Below, in pieces: positions 62,941 to 64,000 of a stretch of DNA of 64,000 bases. This DNA is from Zygnema circumcarinatum SAG 698-1b. Its lineage: Eukaryota; Plantae; Zygnematophyceae. Both the position numbers and the translations under genes were made by a program. The stretch spans positions 248,001 through 312,000 of the forward strand of contig CM074805.1 in NCBI GenBank assembly GCA_037447605.1. Reading direction: 5' to 3'. Under the pieces are notes generated by a model. The model saw only the letters and a program-made list of their open reading frames with translations. It made no database searches and had not been told where the DNA came from. How positions within the stretch are numbered: position 1 is the first letter of the stretch; every line of letters begins with the position of its first letter.

Positions 62941-63525
62941 GAGATGTGGCATCGTTCTCACGATGGCGATGCCGCCATCAAATGTACATGGATAATATCA
63001 TCAGTATGGGGAACCACGAGGAACTGGTCGCACAAAGGACCTAAGGACAAAACAAAAAATCTAGGAGCGGTATGCTATGCCTAGGCTCAACACCGCTTCA
63101 AGCCCTCCCTCGAAGGTCACCGATCGATGTGCGGCACATCACATCGCGCGGAGGGAGGGAGGGAGGGAGGGAGCGGCGGAAGGTCAGCAACAAGCTACCG
63201 CGGCTTCACGCCGAGGGAGCGTCCGGGCGAGGAGGGGGGCACCGCTGAAGGGCGACGGCAATGCGCTGTCGATAAAAAGTGGCGAGGATCGCCGAAGGAG
63301 GAGCGGAGGGCTTCCTTCCTTCCAGGGCCGTGCGCGCATCTCCAAGGAGCGATGGGCGCACGCACGTACTGGCGAAGGAAGGAAGGCATCCAAACGGATT
63401 TCTTTTGTGCTTAGGTCCTTCGCGACCAGTTCCTCGTGGTTTCCAGTTCCTCGTGGTTTCCCGTGCTGGCTTTGTCCATGTACATTCGATGGCCTCATCG
63501 CCATGGTGAGATCAATGCCACATCC
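62941..63525. mobile_element. Foldback/MITE-like element with ~115-125 bp diverged inverted arms
   Basis: 62941-63055 (GATGTGGCAT...AATGTACATGGA...GAACCACGAGGAACTGGTCGC...AAGGACCTAAG) matches the reverse complement of 63400-63525. Confidence 0.65.
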
Positions 63526-63588
63526 CTTTGATCCAAACGGGCGTCGAGGCAACCTCAAACCTCAACAGCCATAGGAACAAACTCGTCA

Positions 63589-63730
63589 GTCGTGTCACGT
63601 CACGTCACGTCACGGCACGGCACGGCTGGCATATGGGCGCTCCTTACAAAGGAAGGGACGCACTGCGGCTAAAACGCCAAAAGTCTGGACTACCGTACAG
63701 TAGATGTGACGTGACATGACGTGACACGAC
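63589..63730. repeat. 25-bp inverted repeat built from GTCAC pentamers
   Basis: GTCGTGTCACGTCACGTCACGTCAC (63589-63613) vs GTGACGTGACATGACGTGACACGAC (63706-63730), one mismatch. Confidence 0.7.
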
Positions 63731-64000
63731 ATGACAATCTTGAAGGAAGGTGGGTGCTGGAGGGGGCGAGGTTGAAGGGAGGGCGAGCGGCCATGGAGGA
63801 GGGGGAGGAGGAGCGGCAGGGGCTATGGCCGCGGCTGGTGCGAGCCGTCCATGGCGCCCTGGATCGCTTCAAGTGCGTCTTAGAATGCATGCCCAAATCC
63901 GAACCCAACCCAGCGCTCGCCCGATTTGCAGTGGACAGCGCCGCGGCGGTCAACGGGTGAGCGGGTGGTCATGGCTCAGGTCTAGGGTTAGGTGTTAGGG

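Overview
Eukaryotic, green-plant-lineage genomic DNA: intron-rich, with GA/CT-rich and telomere-like intronic repeats and many 10-N scaffold gaps. A streptophyte alga is my best guess (inference only). Seven protein-coding genes are supported by splice-joined translations: a P-class PPR protein (-), peroxisomal Lon protease LON2 (+, ends in SKL), a folate-biopterin (BT1/FBT) transporter (+), two divergently oriented RabA/Rab11 GTPases, an intronless mTERF (-), DSK2/ubiquilin (+) and a tomosyn/Lgl-like WD40 + SNARE-motif protein (-). The accessory content is more interesting. About 3.4 kb (1990-5455) is repeated, inverted and diverged, at 28280-35201. Both copies carry a degenerate spliced gene that resembles bacterial DUF815 AAA+ ATPases (from my recall of the family, not searched). 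The right copy is interrupted by a decayed Ty3/gypsy element with TGTAGC...GCTACA termini, and the left copy shows the empty site. There are also a TA-flanked MITE, a foldback repeat family and tRNA-like fragments. LON2 introns often have a purine-rich 5' end and a complementary pyrimidine-rich 3' end. The exact 2100-bp-period duplication at the window start is probably an assembly artefact. No CRISPR array, rRNA or intact tRNA was found.
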